In this document: in pieces, positions 62,787 through 64,000 of the stretch | Numbering within the stretch: the stretch's first letter is position 1 | Layout: every line of letters begins with the position of its first letter | Assembly: GCA_938084645.1 (NCBI GenBank) | Contig: CALKEP010000008.1 | Coordinates: 64,001-128,000, forward strand | DNA from: an uncultured Phycisphaerales bacterium | GTDB lineage: Bacteria > Planctomycetota > Phycisphaerae > Phycisphaerales > SM1A02 | Reading direction: 5' to 3' | DNA: 64,000 nt | Program-made: the position numbers and the translations under genes | Notes under the pieces: model-generated | Seen by the model: only the letters and a program-made list of their open reading frames with translations | What the model was told of the DNA's origin: nothing | The model's database searches: none

Positions 62787-62836
62787 ACCGCGGTCGCGGG
62801 CGCCCGAGGGGACGCCTTCGGCCGCGGTTCGTCTTT
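62787..62836 (+). terminator. Possible terminator after flgE
   Basis: ACCGCGGTCG...CGGCCGCGGT imperfect stem followed by TCGTCTTT. Confidence 0.35.
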
Positions 62837-62870
62837 CCCGGGCGAGCGGTTCGAATAGCATGGAGCGACG

Positions 62871-64000
62871 ATGAAGCGGAAACCCACCAGCAGACCCGGC
62901 AACCGCGTTGCGCGGCCGGGGGTGCCGGATCCGAATCTCCAGCGAGCCACCGAGCTCTTCCACGCCGGTCGAACGGTGGAGGCGGCGCGACTCGTGGACG
63001 CGGCGGTGGCGCGGAACCCGAAGGATCCGAACGCACTGCGGATCAAGGCGTTGATCCTCCTGAAGGGGGGGCTGATGCTCGATGCCCAGCGGATCCTCGA
63101 CCGTGCGCACAAGGCCGATCCCCGGAATCCCATGATCCCGCTCGACCAGGCGGTGATTCACAAGCTCGGTGGCCGGTACCCGGAGATGATCGAATCGGCG
63201 CGTGAGGCGTGCCGGCGCATGCCCGGGAATCGTCGCGCCGAGGCGATGCTCGTACAGGCCTTCGAGGGCGCCGGCGATCATGATCGGGCGATCGAGTTCG
63301 TCGAGCGGACGATCGCGAAGCGGGGACTCGATCCGGAGATGGGCGAGTCGTATGCGAACGTCCTCGAGCTCGCGGGGCGGCGCGAGGATGCCCTGGTGGT
63401 CGCGGATCGTCTGTTGGGCGCATCGTCGACGCCTCCGCCGGTCCGCCGTCGGCTGCTGCTTCATCGGGGCCGCATGCTGGAGAAGCTGGGACGGATCGAC
63501 GAGGCGATGGACGCCTACGACGCGGCGCACGCGGTCCTGCCGGTCGAGTTCGACCCCGACGCCTGGGATCGACGGCTCGACGAGATCATCGCCGCCACCG
63601 AACGGATCGACGCCGGAGTCGAACCCACTTCCGCGGAAGCGACCGAGGTTCCCGTGTTCATCGCGTCGCTTCCACGAAGCGGAACCTCGCTGGTGGAACG
63701 GATCATCGGCGTCCATCCCCAGGCGCACGGCGCCGGGGAGACCGGTCTCGTGGGTGACGTGCTTCGCGGGTTTCGCGACGAGATCGAAGGAAACGGATCC
63801 GAGGGGCTCGCGGGCGCGTCGCCCGAACTGCTCGAGCGGATGCGTTCGGACTATCTCGAGCGACAGACCGCGTTGTTCGGTCGGTCCGATCGGATCGTCA
63901 ACAAGCACCTCTCGAACTGGCAGCATCTGCCGGTCATCGGTCGGTGGTTCCCGAGCGCCCGCATCATCACGCTCGATCGCGAGCCCGGGGACGTGGCGAT
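62871..64000 (+). CDS. TPR-repeat sulfotransferase-family protein (partial, runs off the window)
   Basis: Missing from the ORF track. Manual translation from ATG 62871 gives TPR helices, then PVFIASLPRSGTSLVERIIGVHPQAHGAGE, the 5'-PAPS-binding loop. Confidence 0.88.
   Translation, partial: MKRKPTSRPGNRVARPGVPDPNLQRATELFHAGRTVEAARLVDAAVARNPKDPNALRIKALILLKGGLMLDAQRILDRAHKADPRNPMIPLDQAVIHKLGGRYPEMIESAREACRRMPGNRRAEAMLVQAFEGAGDHDRAIEFVERTIAKRGLDPEMGESYANVLELAGRREDALVVADRLLGASSTPPPVRRRLLLHRGRMLEKLGRIDEAMDAYDAAHAVLPVEFDPDAWDRRLDEIIAATERIDAGVEPTSAEATEVPVFIASLPRSGTSLVERIIGVHPQAHGAGETGLVGDVLRGFRDEIEGNGSEGLAGASPELLERMRSDYLERQTALFGRSDRIVNKHLSNWQHLPVIGRWFPSARIITLDREPGDVA

Overview
High-GC bacterial chromosomal window, most likely from a planctomycete of class Phycisphaerae. 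This assignment is an inference from gene families and protein style, not a database result. The window is almost entirely core genome. In order it contains: a partial large NAD-glutamate dehydrogenase-like gene; ribF and nrnA; a three-gene hotdog-fold / SSS-like membrane protein / HMA-lipoprotein unit; ligA, uppP, a PilZ protein, aroK, rpmH and rnc; a complete phosphate cluster (phoB-phoR-pstSCAB-phoU, a Na/Pi cotransporter and a second PhoU-like gene); anmK, uxs, a GT2, recA and tRNA-Leu(CAG); ggt, a cysteine desulfurase, pgi, tal and tyrS; a cdaA-cdaR c-di-AMP module; and a long flagellar region (TPR protein, FlgN-like protein, sigma54 two-component pair, flgBC-fliEFGHIJ-motE-like-fliK-flgD-flgE) followed by a partial TPR-sulfotransferase. 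I saw no CRISPR array, integrase, transposase or rRNA. The most notable unexplained signals are regulatory: two 11-bp-period Pho-box-like arrays (one orphaned at the 3' end of rnc), paired GAAC-N7-GAAC / GTTC-N7-GTTC boxes at a recA promoter, and a candidate three-way-junction RNA leader before the GDH gene. Two candidate protein systems stand out: a Cys-bearing SSS-like transporter next to an HMA lipoprotein, and uncharacterised envelope proteins at the head of the flagellar region. All are hypotheses that need searches or experiments.
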